From positions 1,860,001-1,924,000 of the forward strand of contig CM026547.1 of NCBI GenBank assembly GCA_014905635.1: 64,000 bases of DNA, read 5' to 3'. The translations under genes were made by a program, and so were the position numbers. Source of the stretch: Scenedesmus sp. PABB004 (taxonomy: Eukaryota). The first letter of the stretch is position 1. Each line of letters starts with the position of its first letter. Shown here in pieces: positions 12,945 through 24,025 of the stretch. A model generated the notes under the pieces. That model did not search any database and was not told where the DNA came from. It saw only the letters and a program-made list of their open reading frames with translations.

Positions 12945-15900
12945 ATGGCGCCCAAGGGCAAGGCCAAGGCCCGGGGCGAGGAGCTCGAGGCCGCCGAGGC
13001 GCGGGCGCTGCTGGAGAAGCTGGACGCTGGCGAGGAGCTGCCGCTGCGTGCGCTGGCCAAGGTGTTCCGCCTCGGCGCGCCGTGCGCGCCGTCGTGCGGG
13101 ACGAAGGGCAGCAAGGGCGCCAAGGACAACCCGGAGTGCTTCTGCGCGCTCGTGCCCGCGGAGGGCAGCTTCCGCAAGAAGGGCCTGTGGCAGAAGGAGC
13201 CCGTGCTCGGCGCGCTGGGCGCCGACCCGGCCAACGAGAGGCGCGCGGTGCGCGCGCTGCGCCGCGGCGGGCGCGCGCGGGCGCCGCCGCGCGCCCCGCC
13301 GCCGCGACGCCCACGCGCCGCCGCGACGCCCACGCGCCGCCGCCGCCGCCGCGCGCGCGCAGTCCCCCGACACGCCCGCGGGGCTGCGCAACCTGGGCAA
13401 CACGTGCTACGTCAACGCGGCGCTGCAGTTCCTCGCGGCCATCCCTAACTTCCGCCGCGCGCTCTACGTGCTCGAGGACGGCATCGCCGGCCAGGACATC
13501 ATCCGACAGCTGCGGTGCGGCACGCCGCCCGCGCGCGCGCGCCCCCCGCGGCGCCCCGCGGCGCGGCGCCCCGCGGCCGGCCACCTGAGCCCGCCGCCGC
13601 GCACGCCGCGCGCGCCGCGCGCGCTGCGCGCGCTGTGCGTGCGCGCAGGGAGCTGTTTGTGGAGCTCCGCTTCGGCCCGCGCCGCTACGTCGACCCCGAG
13701 CCCTTTGCCAACAGCCTGCAGCTCAACCACGCCGTCCAGCAGGACGGCCAGGAGTTCCTCAAGCTCCTGCTCACCAAGCTCGAGGCGGTCTTCGCGGCGT
13801 CGCAGCAGCAGGCGCGCGCAGCGGGCGGGCGCGCGGCCGCCGACGGCCCGCGCCGCGCGCGCGTGCGCGCGCCGCCGCCGCCGACGGCCTTGCCCGCGGC
13901 CCGCCGCGCCGCGCGCGGTGTCTGCCGCCGCGGCGCAGGACGTCGCGAGCGTGGTGCAGCGCCTGTTCCGCGGTCACTTCAGCTACGTGACGACCTGCCG
14001 CTCCTGCGGCCGCGCGAGCGAGGGCAGCCGGCGGCAGGTGGAGTACTACGAGCTGCCGCTGCAGGTGCAGGGCATGCCGTCGCTGCAGCACAGCCTGGTG
14101 AGGCGGCGCGGCGCGGCGCGACGGGCGGCGCGCGGGCGGCCCCGTGCAGGCCGGCAGCGGGCGCGCGCGCCGCCACCCGCCCCGCCGCATGACGCCCCGG
14201 CGCGCGGCGCGGGGCCCCCAGGTCGCGGCGCTGAGCCCCGACGAGCTGGTGGGGGACAACCAGTACTTTTGCGAGTCCTGCGGCACCAAGTGCGACGCGG
14301 AGCGCCAGATGGCGCTGCGCAGCCTGCCCCGCTACCTCTGCCTCTCGCTGCAGCGCTTTGTGTTTGACCTCGCGGTGCGGCACACACACGGGGGCCCCAC
14401 GCAGCGGGGCCCGGCGGCCAGCTGGCTGCGCTGCGCGCTGTGCTCGCGCGCGCGCCCGGCCCACGCCCGCGCGCCGCCGCTGCTGCTGCGCAGACGTGCG
14501 ACAAGAAGAAGGCCATGGACAAGCTCACCATCCCCACCACCCTCGACGTCGCGGGCCTGCTCGCCAGCGCGGGCGGCGCGGCGGCCGAGCACGCGCCGCT
14601 GCGCCCCGGCAGCCCCGGCGCGGAGTACGAGCTCGCCGCGGTGCTCATACACAAGGGCAGCAGCGCCAGCCACGGACACTACGGTGCGCCGCGCCGCGGC
14701 CGCTTGGGGGCGCGCAGCGCAGCGCTGTGGCATGCGCCGCGCGGCGGCGTGCGGCGCTGAGCTTCTTTTGGCTGCCCGTGCCGCCGCCTGACCCGCGCCG
14801 TGCCGCGGCCTCGCAGTCGCGCACATCCGCATGCCTGAGAGCGGCACGTGGTGGCGCTTTGACGACGAGTCCGCCGAGGAGATGGGCCCCGCGCCGACGA
14901 GCCACCCTGGCGACCACGGCACGACCGCCGCGGTGCAGGCCGCCGCCGGCAGCGGCGGCGGCGCGGGCGACGACGGCGGCAAGGCCGCGGGCGGCGCCAA
15001 GAAGCGCGGCCGCGGCGGGGGCGCCGCGGGCGCCGCCGCCAAGCGCGGCAGGGGCGCCCGCGGCGGCGCCAAGGCCGCGCGCGGCAGGGCACGCGGCAAG
15101 GCCAAGGCGGCGGCCAGCTCGGACGAGGAGGAGGAGGCGGCCGCGGGCGCCGGCGGCAGCGAGTATGACGAGGACGCAGCGATGGCCGCGGCGCTCGCGG
15201 CAAGCCGCTGCGACGCCGGCGACAGCGAGATGGCCGAGGCGGTGCGGCGGTCGCTGGAGACGGCGCAGCAGCCGCCCGGGGCCGCCGCCGCCGCGGGCGA
15301 GAGCGAGGAGCCCGAGGAGGGCGGCGGCCGGCGCAAGCGCAAGGCCGCCGCGGCCGCGGCGCCCGACGCAGCCGCCGCCAAGAAGCCCGCGCGCGGCAAG
15401 GGCGGCGCCAAGGCCGCGGCGGCGGCGGCGGCGGCGCCAGCGGGCGACGCGCCGGGCAGCGCGCAGCCGGCCGAGGACGGTCAGGTGCGGCGAGGCGCCC
15501 GCGCGGGGCGCTGCGCGCCGCTGCCGCGGCGCCGCGTCCGCCCGCGCCCGCCCTGCTGGCCTGGCCGCACGCGCGTGCACGCCCACGCCGCCCGCGCGCG
15601 CGCTGCGTGTCGCCGGTGGGCAGGCCGAGGTCGTGTCGGGCAACGCCTACTTTGTGGTGTACCGCCAGCGCGGCGAGGGACCGGGCGCCGCGGGCGCCAG
15701 CACGGCGGCCGCCAGCACGGCGCCGGCCAGCACGGCGGCCGCCGGCACGGCGGCCGACGGCGCGGTGACCGCCGGCGCGGAGGAGCCCGCGGCGGGCGCG
15801 CTGCCGCCGCGCCTGCGCGCGCAGCTCGAGGGCCTGCCCGCGGGCGTGGTGGCGCGCGTGGAGGCGCTGCACGCGCAGTACGCCCAGGCGTGCGCGAGCC

Positions 15901-16055
15901 ACCAGCAGATGCGGCAGGAGGCGCTCGCGCGCGTCAAGCAGCGCCAGGAGGTGCGGCGCCGGCGGCTGGCCGGCCTCGGCACCCGCGCCGCGAGCGGGGT
16001 GCGTGGCTTGGGGTCCCCGTGACGCGCCGTCGCCGCCTGCCTGCCTCTCTCTCTC

Positions 16056-16109
<54 letters not shown>

Positions 16110-19100
16110 CGCCGCAGGAGGTGACGGCCGTGTCGCAGCTGCTGCGCTGCAGCGACGAGGCGGACGCTGGGCACTTCCTGCCGGCGGCGTGGCTGGACGC
16201 GTGGGCCAACAGCGACGCGAGCCCCGGCCCCGTGGACAACGCCCCCCTGCTGTGCCCGCACCACCGGCTCAGCCCGGACAAGCCCGCCAGCCTGCTCAAG
16301 CGCGTCAGCAGCGCCGCGTGGGACGCGCTCGTGGTGCGCCGCCGGGCGGCTGCGCGCCGTGCCCCCCCCTCGCCGGCGGCGCCCGCCACCGATGGCCTTG
16401 ATCACCGCCCGCCGCCGCCGGTGGCCGCCGCCCGCGCCCGCAGGCCGCGCACGCGGGTGGGCCGAGCATGTCGCTGCGCGACGCCTGCCCCCTGTGCCTG
16501 CGCGCCGCGCTCGCGGGCCTGGTGGGGCAGGACACGCTCGCGGAGCTGCGCGAGCAAGCGGTGGCCAGCCTCATGTCAGACGAGGGCGGCGGCGTGTTCC
16601 TCCGCGACGTTGGCGACGGCATCGCGCCGGCGGGTCACTACGTCTCTAAGACCTGGCTCGCCGGCTTCCGCACGCGCCGCGGCACCGGCGGCGCCAACCT
16701 GCAGGCGCCCACCGCGAGTGCGCACGCCGCGCAGCCGCGCAGCCGCGCCGCCCGCCGCCCGCGCGCGCCGCGCCGTGCTGACGCGATGCCCGCCGCCCCG
16801 CCCGCGCGCCGCCCAGGCATCGCCTGCTGCCACGGCCTGCTGGCGCCCGAGTCGCGCTCCAACAGCGCCAAGCGCGTGGTGGTGTCGGAGGCCACCTGGG
16901 GCCTGCTGCGCCGCGTGTGGGCGCTGTCGGTGCAGCGCGAGGTCGCGGCGCGGCGGGCCAAGGCAGCGCGCACGGCCGCGGCGGCGGCGGCGGCGGCCGG
17001 CGCCGAGGCTGTGCCCGACGCCGACGACGGTGCGCGGCCGCGGCGCGGCGCGCGCACCGTCCGCGCGGCGCGGCCCGCCCTGCCCGCACGCCGAGCGCCC
17101 CGCCTCCCGGGCGCGGGGCCGCGCCTCCCGCTTCACGCGCCGGCGCCGCGCCGCGCCGCGCCGCGCCGCGCCGCGCGCAGACGGCGTGACGATCGTTGAG
17201 GAGCGCGGCGGCGGCGGCGACGTGAGGATCGTGGGCAGCGCCAGCCCCAGCCCGCCCGCCAAGGCCGGGCGCCCGCCCCGCTCGGAGCCGGGCAGCGACG
17301 CCGGCGACGGCGACGTGCAGCTGCTGGACGACGGCGGCGCGCCCGCGGCGAGCGAGCGCGCGAGCGTGGGCGCCGGCGAGCGCGCGAGCACGCCGTCGGG
17401 CGCGGCGGGCGCGGCGGCCGCCGCCGCGGCGTCGGCGTGGCAGCTCGCGCTGCCGCTGGACGGCAGCGTTGAGCTGAGCGAGGCCGCGCTGCTCGAGGCG
17501 CTGCCGTCGTTCCACTCGGTGCACGCGGCCGAGTGCGAGGCGTGCGCGGCGAGCCTGCAGGAGGCGGCCGCGGGGCACCAGGAGGCGCGCGCCGCGGTGG
17601 AGGTGCAGCGCGCCGCGCTGGGCAAGCTGCTGTCGAGCAGCGTGCAGGAGAGCCTCGAGCCAGGGGCGCCATACTACCTGGTGCCTAAGTGAGGAGGGCA
17701 GGCCGCCGCCGCGGGGGGCCGGAGGCCGGGCGGGGCCCAGGGCGGGTCGGGCTGGCAGCACAGCACCCGCCCGCCGCGCGCGCCGCGCCGCGACGCGCGG
17801 GGGCGGCGACTGACTCGCGCCCCTGCCCCCCCCCCCCCCCCACACACACTGCGCGCGCGCCGCGCGCTGCCGCGCCGCAGCGACTGGCTCGCCACCTGGC
17901 GCACCCACCTGGCGGCGGTCGGCAGCAAAAAGGCAGCGGCCACCGCGCCGCCGCCGGCGCCGCCGCCGCTGCCGGACGCGGTGCGGCCGCTGCTGTGCAG
18001 CTGCCACCCCGAGGCGCCCGGCGTGGCGGTGCCGCTGCCCAGCATCGTCAACAAGCGGGGGCGCTTCGCGCAGGCGGACCAGCAGGGCGACGCGCTGCGC
18101 CTCGTCAGCGCGCACGACTGGCAGGCGCTGCTGCTGCACCACAGCGGCCTCGACCCCGGCCCCGACGCCGCGCCCGCGCCCGCGCCGGCGGGCGCGGCCA
18201 GCCCCGGCGCCGGCGGCCGGCGCGGCAGCCGGCCGCGCAACGCGGCGCCGGCGAGCGCGGAGCAGGCAGAGGCGGCGGCGGTGCTGGCGCAGCGCATCGC
18301 GTCGCTCGCCGACCTGGAGCCCAGCTTCCGAGGCATACGCGCCGTGCTGCGCGTGGAGCAGCCGCAGCCCAACGGCGCCGCCCCGCCCGCCGCGCGGCAG
18401 GCGTCGCCCGCGGCCGGCGCGGCGCGCTCGCCGTCGCCGCGCAAGGGCGGCGCGCACGCGGCGCTGGCGGCGGCCCAGGCAGCGCTGTCAGAGGTGCGCG
18501 CGGGGCGGGGGCTGCCTGTGTGTGCATGTGTGTGTGTGTTGGGGGGGGGGGGGGGGCGGCACGCAGGCGCTCGCGGGCGGCGCACGCCGCTGCCGGCTGA
18601 AGCACCCTCCCCCCCCCCCGTCGCGTGCCACGCAGGACGACCCGGCGGGCCTGGCGGCGGCGGCGGCCAACCCCGCGGACGAGGACTGGCGGCCAGATGA
18701 CGCGGACGGCGAGGCGCGGCCCGCCAAGGCGCAGGCCGGGCGCGCGCACGGCGCCGGCCGGCACAGAGCCAGCAGCGGCGCTGACGACGGCGGCGGCAGC
18801 GGGCCCGCGGGCGCGGTGTCGGCGGCGTCGGCGCTGCGCGGCTGGCTGGTGACGGACCCAGGTGCGCCGCGCGGCGTCGCGCGGCGCCGCGCGGCGCGGC
18901 CGTCTCCGCGTGCCGTGGCCGGGGCGTTGCTCACTGCGCGACCGCGCCCCACCGCGCCCCCGCCCGCCCCTGCTCCGCCCCGCCCCGCCGCCGCGCCGCC
19001 GCCCGCCGCCCCGCCGCCCCGCCGCCCCGCCGCCGCCGCCCCGCCGCCCCGCCGCCCGCGCCGCGCAGCGCCGTGCGAGCAGCACCTCGCCGCGGACGCC

Positions 19101-19832
19101 GCGTCGCGCCGCGCGGCGCTGCTCAGCTACGAGGGCGCGGAGGTCATGGCGGAGCTGGTGGAGCACGACGGCGCCGCGCAGCCAGGCGCCGCCGGCGGCG
19201 GTGCGCGCCGCCGGCCAGCGCGCGCAGCATGGCGCCGCGGGGCGGCGGCCCCCGCTGTGCCCCCACGCCGCGCCGCCGCCGCCGCCCGTGCCGCGCCGCC
19301 GCCGCGCGCAGCCGAGCGCAAGAGCCGGCGCGCGCGCAAGAACCGGCAGCCGCTGCGCGTGTCGTGCGGCGACACGCTCGCGGCGCTGCGCCTGCGCGTG
19401 TACGAGGCGCTCGGCGTGCACCCGCGCAACCAGCGCATCTTCCTGCGCGGCGCCGTGCTGGGCGGCGACGAGGCCGCGACGCTCGCGGCCCTCGAGGTTT
19501 ACCCCGACGACGAGCTGCGCGTGGTCAACACGCGCGAGGTGGACAACGACGACGTGTCGAGCCTCTTTGACGGCGTCGCGGGCGCGCGCAAGGGTGCGGC
19601 CGCGGCGCGCCGGCCGGCGCGGCACGGCGCGCCCGCGGCGGCCGCGCGCGGCGCGCTCACGTGCCTGCGCCCGCGCCCGCGCCGCGCAGGGAAGCGGCGC
19701 GAGGTGGAGACGGGGTTCCGGGACACCGCGCTCACGTCGGCGCCCGCGGCGGCGGCGCCAAAGCAGGAGGAGGAGGAGGAGGAGGGCCCGTTGCCGAAGC
19801 AGGACGAGGAGGGCGCAGCGGCGGCGGAGTGA
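12945..19832 (+). CDS. UBP26: Ubiquitin-specific protease 26 / USP48-like (USP domain, DUSP-like repeats, C-terminal ubiquitin-like domain)
   Basis: DNPECFC N-terminal motif; Cys box GLRNLGNTCYVNAALQ; QQDGQEF; His box HKGSSASHGHY; WWRFDD; LLCPHHRL DUSP-like segments; C-terminal UBL ending in ETGFRDTAL. Confidence 0.9.
16045..16105. repeat. (CT)n microsatellite inside a UBP26 intron
   Basis: About 30 CT units with one CA interruption, just upstream of the intron acceptor. Confidence 0.95.
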
Positions 19833-20325
19833 GGCCGGCGGGCGGGCGACCGTGCGGCTGCGGCTGCAGTCGGGCATAGCAGTTGCGCGCGGGCGAGGCT
19901 GGCGGGCCGCTCGCGGAGAGTTGGCGGCGCCCCGCGGCAAAGCTGGTGGGCAGGCTGGCCGGCGAGAGCCGACAGCTGCTGCTGACCCGCCGACGCGCCG
20001 GGGCGCACGCGCGTGGCGGTTCGGGGCGTTGGCGCCGGCCCCGCGCCTGCGGCGGCCGTGGTAAGGCCCCTGGGGCGCGGTCAATCGCCCCCGCGCGCGC
20101 TTTCGCTGTGTGCCCGCCGCCCGCCCCTTGCGCCCGGCCAGGCGTTGCAAATTGCAAGCTCGAGCACCCGCGGTGACGCGCGCGGCGTGGCGACGCGGCG
20201 CGGAGGAGCGGCGTTTCAAGGGCCCAGCTGTCGGCGGCTCCCCGGCTCGCGCCGGGGCCGCCCCGCCGGCGCGCCAGCGGCGATGCCGTTGCGCAGGATG
20301 GCCGCCGTCGCTGGGAGACGCCTCC
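19827..20325 (+). repeat. Inverted repeat 1, left arm (UBP26 stop codon plus 3' flank)
   Basis: Reverse complement of 22967-23466, with only scattered mismatches or small indels. Confidence 0.95.
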
Positions 20326-21908
20326 CTGAAGGCGGTCGGCGTTTCAAGAGCTCGTGTTACCACGGCCGGCGGCCAGCCCGCGGAGCGTCCCCTGGGCATG
20401 AGCTGTTGCAACACAGCAGCAGCGGCACGCTGCTGGTGGGATTGGGATGCACCGCCCGTTCCTTCACCACACCCACCGGGCTCAGCGCGCCGCGGCCGAG
20501 GCGGCGCCGTTCTTTGTGTTGCCCCCGGCGAGCGCGTCGTGCGGGGACGCACTTAATGAGCACCGCCCGGCGGTGAGATGCAGGCCACGCCCCGGGGTGA
20601 GGACAGCCGGCGGTCAGCGCGTTGCCGGCGCTCGCTCGCGGGCCCCCCAAGGTCGAATCAGCAGCCGCGGAACCCCCAAAGGTCAGATCGGTGGCGGTAC
20701 GGTTAGGTGTACAGAGCGAAATAAACGCGTGCAGGGCCCCCCCCCGTGCGCGGCTGCGTGTTGCAGCAGTCGGCCGCCGCCGGGCGGCGCCCCGCCCGCG
20801 TGAATGGGGCGCACGCGGGGCGCGTGTGCCACCGGCGTCGCTGGAGCGGCGGCGGAGCGACCAACAACCGACAACCCAACGACCCAAGGGCATCCAGAGA
20901 GCTCCCCTCCCCGTCCATGTGTGCGTCGTCCATCCTGCGGTCAGGAGCGTCGCCGTCAGCCGTGGTCGGCGAGCACGGCCTAGTTTAGTAGTCTGGGTGA
21001 GGGGCGTCCTTCGCAGCGCGCCGGCGCACGCCGCGCGCCGCCGCACGGGGGCGGCGCGCGGCGCGGCGGTCCACCCGTGCAGCGCGCAGCTGCAGGTCAG
21101 GGTCGGGCGCGACCGTCAAGGGTCAGGCCGGGGCGGCCGCGCGCGGGGCAGGGGGCATCGCGGCGCCCGGGCCCGCGGCGGCCGCCGGCGCGCAGGGCTC
21201 GGCCCAAAAACAGGCATGCATTAGCATCATCAGCGACGGCAGCGTGCGCGCCAGCTCATCAGCTGCGGTGGCGGCAGTGAAGGAGGAGGGCGGAGCCGCG
21301 CCGAGGCGGGGCCCGCCCCGGGTGCAGCAGGCGTGCCATCGAGCCACCACCAAGGCCCGCGCGGGCGACAGTGCGGTGTGGTGTGTGGCTGCCTCGGCGG
21401 CGCGCGCGCCCAGCGGCGCGCCGAGCCGAGCCAGGGAAGAGGATGCAGGTCCCGCAGCGCGCCGCCGCAAAGCAAAGGGGCGGCCAGCCACGCGCACGGG
21501 CGGGGCGCGCGCTGACGCCCTGAAATGCTGCGCACACGACACGACACGCACCAAGAGCCAAGGCCTAGGGCAGGTGCCTGCGGCACCGCAAAGGGCCGCG
21601 GGCCTGCAAATACGTGTAGCAGGCTCGTCGCTCCGCAGCGCGCGCGGCGCGGGCGGCGGCGGCGCGGGCGCGCCAGCCGCCCCCGTCGCTCCCCTCCCCG
21701 CGCCGGCTAGCAGGTTGGCAGAAATGCGTCAGGTCAGAGTCGTCGCGCAAAACTGGCGGCGCGCAACACACCTCCTGTGTTTGCGCGGCCGCGGTCACGC
21801 GCTGCGGTAAGGTAGTGGTGGTACAACAGACCCCTCCCCCCTCCAGCCCCGTCAGCAAGGCCTGCTGCGCTCTCGCTCCGTCAAGCCCTTGCGCCGCGGG
21901 GCGCGCAG

Positions 21909-22661
21909 CTACCGCGCCTCCAGCGCCGTCAGCCACGCGCGCGCCGCCTGCAGCTCGGCGGCGCTGGCCGGCGCGAGGCCCGGCAGCGCGCGCGCCGCGG
22001 CACGGGCGGGGCCGGCGCAGCCGCCGCGCGGCGGCGCGGCGCCGCCCTCCGCGGGCGGCGGCAGCACCGAGCACTTGCGCGGCGCGCCGGGCACCTGCCC
22101 GCCCGCGCTCGCCAGCGCGGGCGTGGCCGCCGGCGGTCGCGGAGGCGGCTGCGGCTGCGGCTGCGGGTCGGGCTCGCACAGGCCGCTGCCCGCCGCCGCG
22201 AACATGACGGCCCAGCTGCGCCTGCTGCTGCTGCTGGCCGGCGGCGCGCGCTCCTCGGCGCCGCCTGCGGCCCAGGCGGGCGGCGGCGGGCCCACGCGGC
22301 TGCCGCTGTCCGCGAGCAGCGCCGACGCGAGGCTGCGCGCGACGCCGCGCTGCGCCGGCGGCGCCTCGCGCGCGCCCGCGGCGGGCGCGCCCGCGCCCGC
22401 CAGCAGCATGACGGCGCCGTCGTGCGTGGGCGAGCGCAGGAGCAGCTCGCTGGGCGGGCGCGCCTGGCCCGGGTGGGCGCGCGGGGGCGGGGAGAGGCAG
22501 GGCGAGGCGCCCAGGTCGCCGCTGTCGCCGCCGCAGTCGCCCACGTCCTGCTCGGGCGCCTCGCAGACGCCTCCGCAGGGGCTGGCGGCGCCGGGGGCGC
22601 CGGGCCAGAGCAGCCGGCGCTTGGCGCCCAGGCCCGCGATGCCCGCGCCGGAGCGCTTCAT
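21909..22661 (-). CDS. Hypothetical low-complexity protein enclosed by inverted repeat 1 (possibly truncated)
   Basis: ATG-initiated ORF MKRSGAGIAGLGAKRRLLWPG...ELQAARAWLTALEAR with coding-like codon usage and no recognisable domain. Confidence 0.45.
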   Translation of the reverse strand: MKRSGAGIAGLGAKRRLLWPGAPGAASPCGGVCEAPEQDVGDCGGDSGDLGASPCLSPPPRAHPGQARPPSELLLRSPTHDGAVMLLAGAGAPAAGAREAPPAQRGVARSLASALLADSGSRVGPPPPAWAAGGAEERAPPASSSSRRSWAVMFAAAGSGLCEPDPQPQPQPPPRPPAATPALASAGGQVPGAPRKCSVLPPPAEGGAAPPRGGCAGPARAAARALPGLAPASAAELQAARAWLTALEAR

Positions 22662-22966
22662 GCCGCCCCGACGCGCAGCGCCGACGCGAGGGAGGCCTGC
22701 TAATGCGATGCGCCGGCTCTCCGCGGCGGCGTGGCGCCTGTGGCGGCCGGGGCGGGCGGGCGCGCGACAGCGCCGCGCTCGGCGACACGCGCACGGGCCC
22801 GAGCAGGATGGCCCACCGCGCACAGCCGCCCCCGCGCGCGCCGCACCTGCTCGGTGAGTGCGCATGGGCTATCCGCAGCGTCACAGCAGCGATCGGAGCG
22901 TCGAGCGGCTGGTCTGGCGCAGCGTTGGTGTGCAGGTCGCGCCGCGGATCGCCTAGCTGGCGGCCT

Positions 22967-23466
22967 GGAGGCATCTCCCAGCGACGGCGGCCATCCTGCG
23001 CAACGGCATCGCCGCTGGCGCGCCGGCGGGGCGGCCCCGGCGCGAGCCGGGGAGCCGCCGACAGCTGGGCCCTTGAAACGCCGCTCCTCCGCGCCGCGTC
23101 GCCACGCCGCGCGCGTCACCGCGGGTGCTCGAGCTTGCAATTTGCAACGCCTGGCCGGGCGCACGGGGCGGGCGGAGCCGCGCAGCGAAAGCGCGCGCGG
23201 GGGCGATTGACCGCGCCCCAGGGGCCTTACCACGGCCGCCGCAGGCGCGGGGCCGGCGCCAACGCCCCGGACCGCCACGCGCGTGCGCCCCGGCGCGTCG
23301 GCGGGTCAGCAGCAGCTGTCGGCTCTCGCCGGCCAGCCTGCCGCCACCAGCGTTGCCGCGGGGCGCCGCCAACTCTCCGCGAGCGGCCCGCCAGCCTCGC
23401 CCGCGCGCAACTGCTACGCCCGACTGCAGCCGCAGCCGCACGGTCGCCCGCCCGCCCGCCTCACTC
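22967..23466 (-). repeat. Inverted repeat 1, right arm
   Basis: Reverse complement of 19827-20325. Confidence 0.95.
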
Positions 23467-23511
23467 GGCGTGTCGGAGTGAGCGAGAGCCTCGCCGCCGC
23501 GCGGCCCGAGG

Positions 23512-23516
23512 TTACA
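23512..23516 (-). terminator. Candidate chlorophyte polyadenylation signal TGTAA for the PPR-cyclin gene
   Basis: ttaca on the + strand, about 510 nt downstream of the minus-strand stop at 24026; TGTAA is the established Chlamydomonas-type signal. Confidence 0.4.
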
Positions 23517-24025
23517 CAGTCGTCGTCAAGTGCAGTGACCGGGCCAGCGCAGCACTGCGGCAGCTGCCCATCATGGAACAGCAGTCAAGCCAAGCCAAGC
23601 CAAGCGCACACAAGAGAAGAGAGCAGCGGGCGGCCAACGTGCCCGATCAGTAGTTGGCCGCGCCGCGCGCAACGCTGTGGTGCCGCAGCCGCAGCCGCAG
23701 CCGCGGCGCGCCATCACTGCAAACCCCCTGCACAACAGGGACCGCGCCCAGCCAGAGCGTTGAAGAGCAGCGCATCGGCTGCAGCAAAAAGCGCAGCCCG
23801 CGCCGCCTCCGTCAGCGAGGCGGCGCGGTCAAGAGCGCGAGTGACTAGAGGAGGCCCGCGTGACGCCCCAATGGCACGGTCCGACGCCCACGTCCCCCCC
23901 CCCTCGGCGCCTGCAGCGTGGCGCATAAAAGCCGGCGCTCGCAGGGGCGCCCGCCCGCGGACACCCAGTGCCTCCTGACTAACAACCCGCCACGCCCACG
24001 AGCAGCCCGCGCCGCGCCGCGCCGC

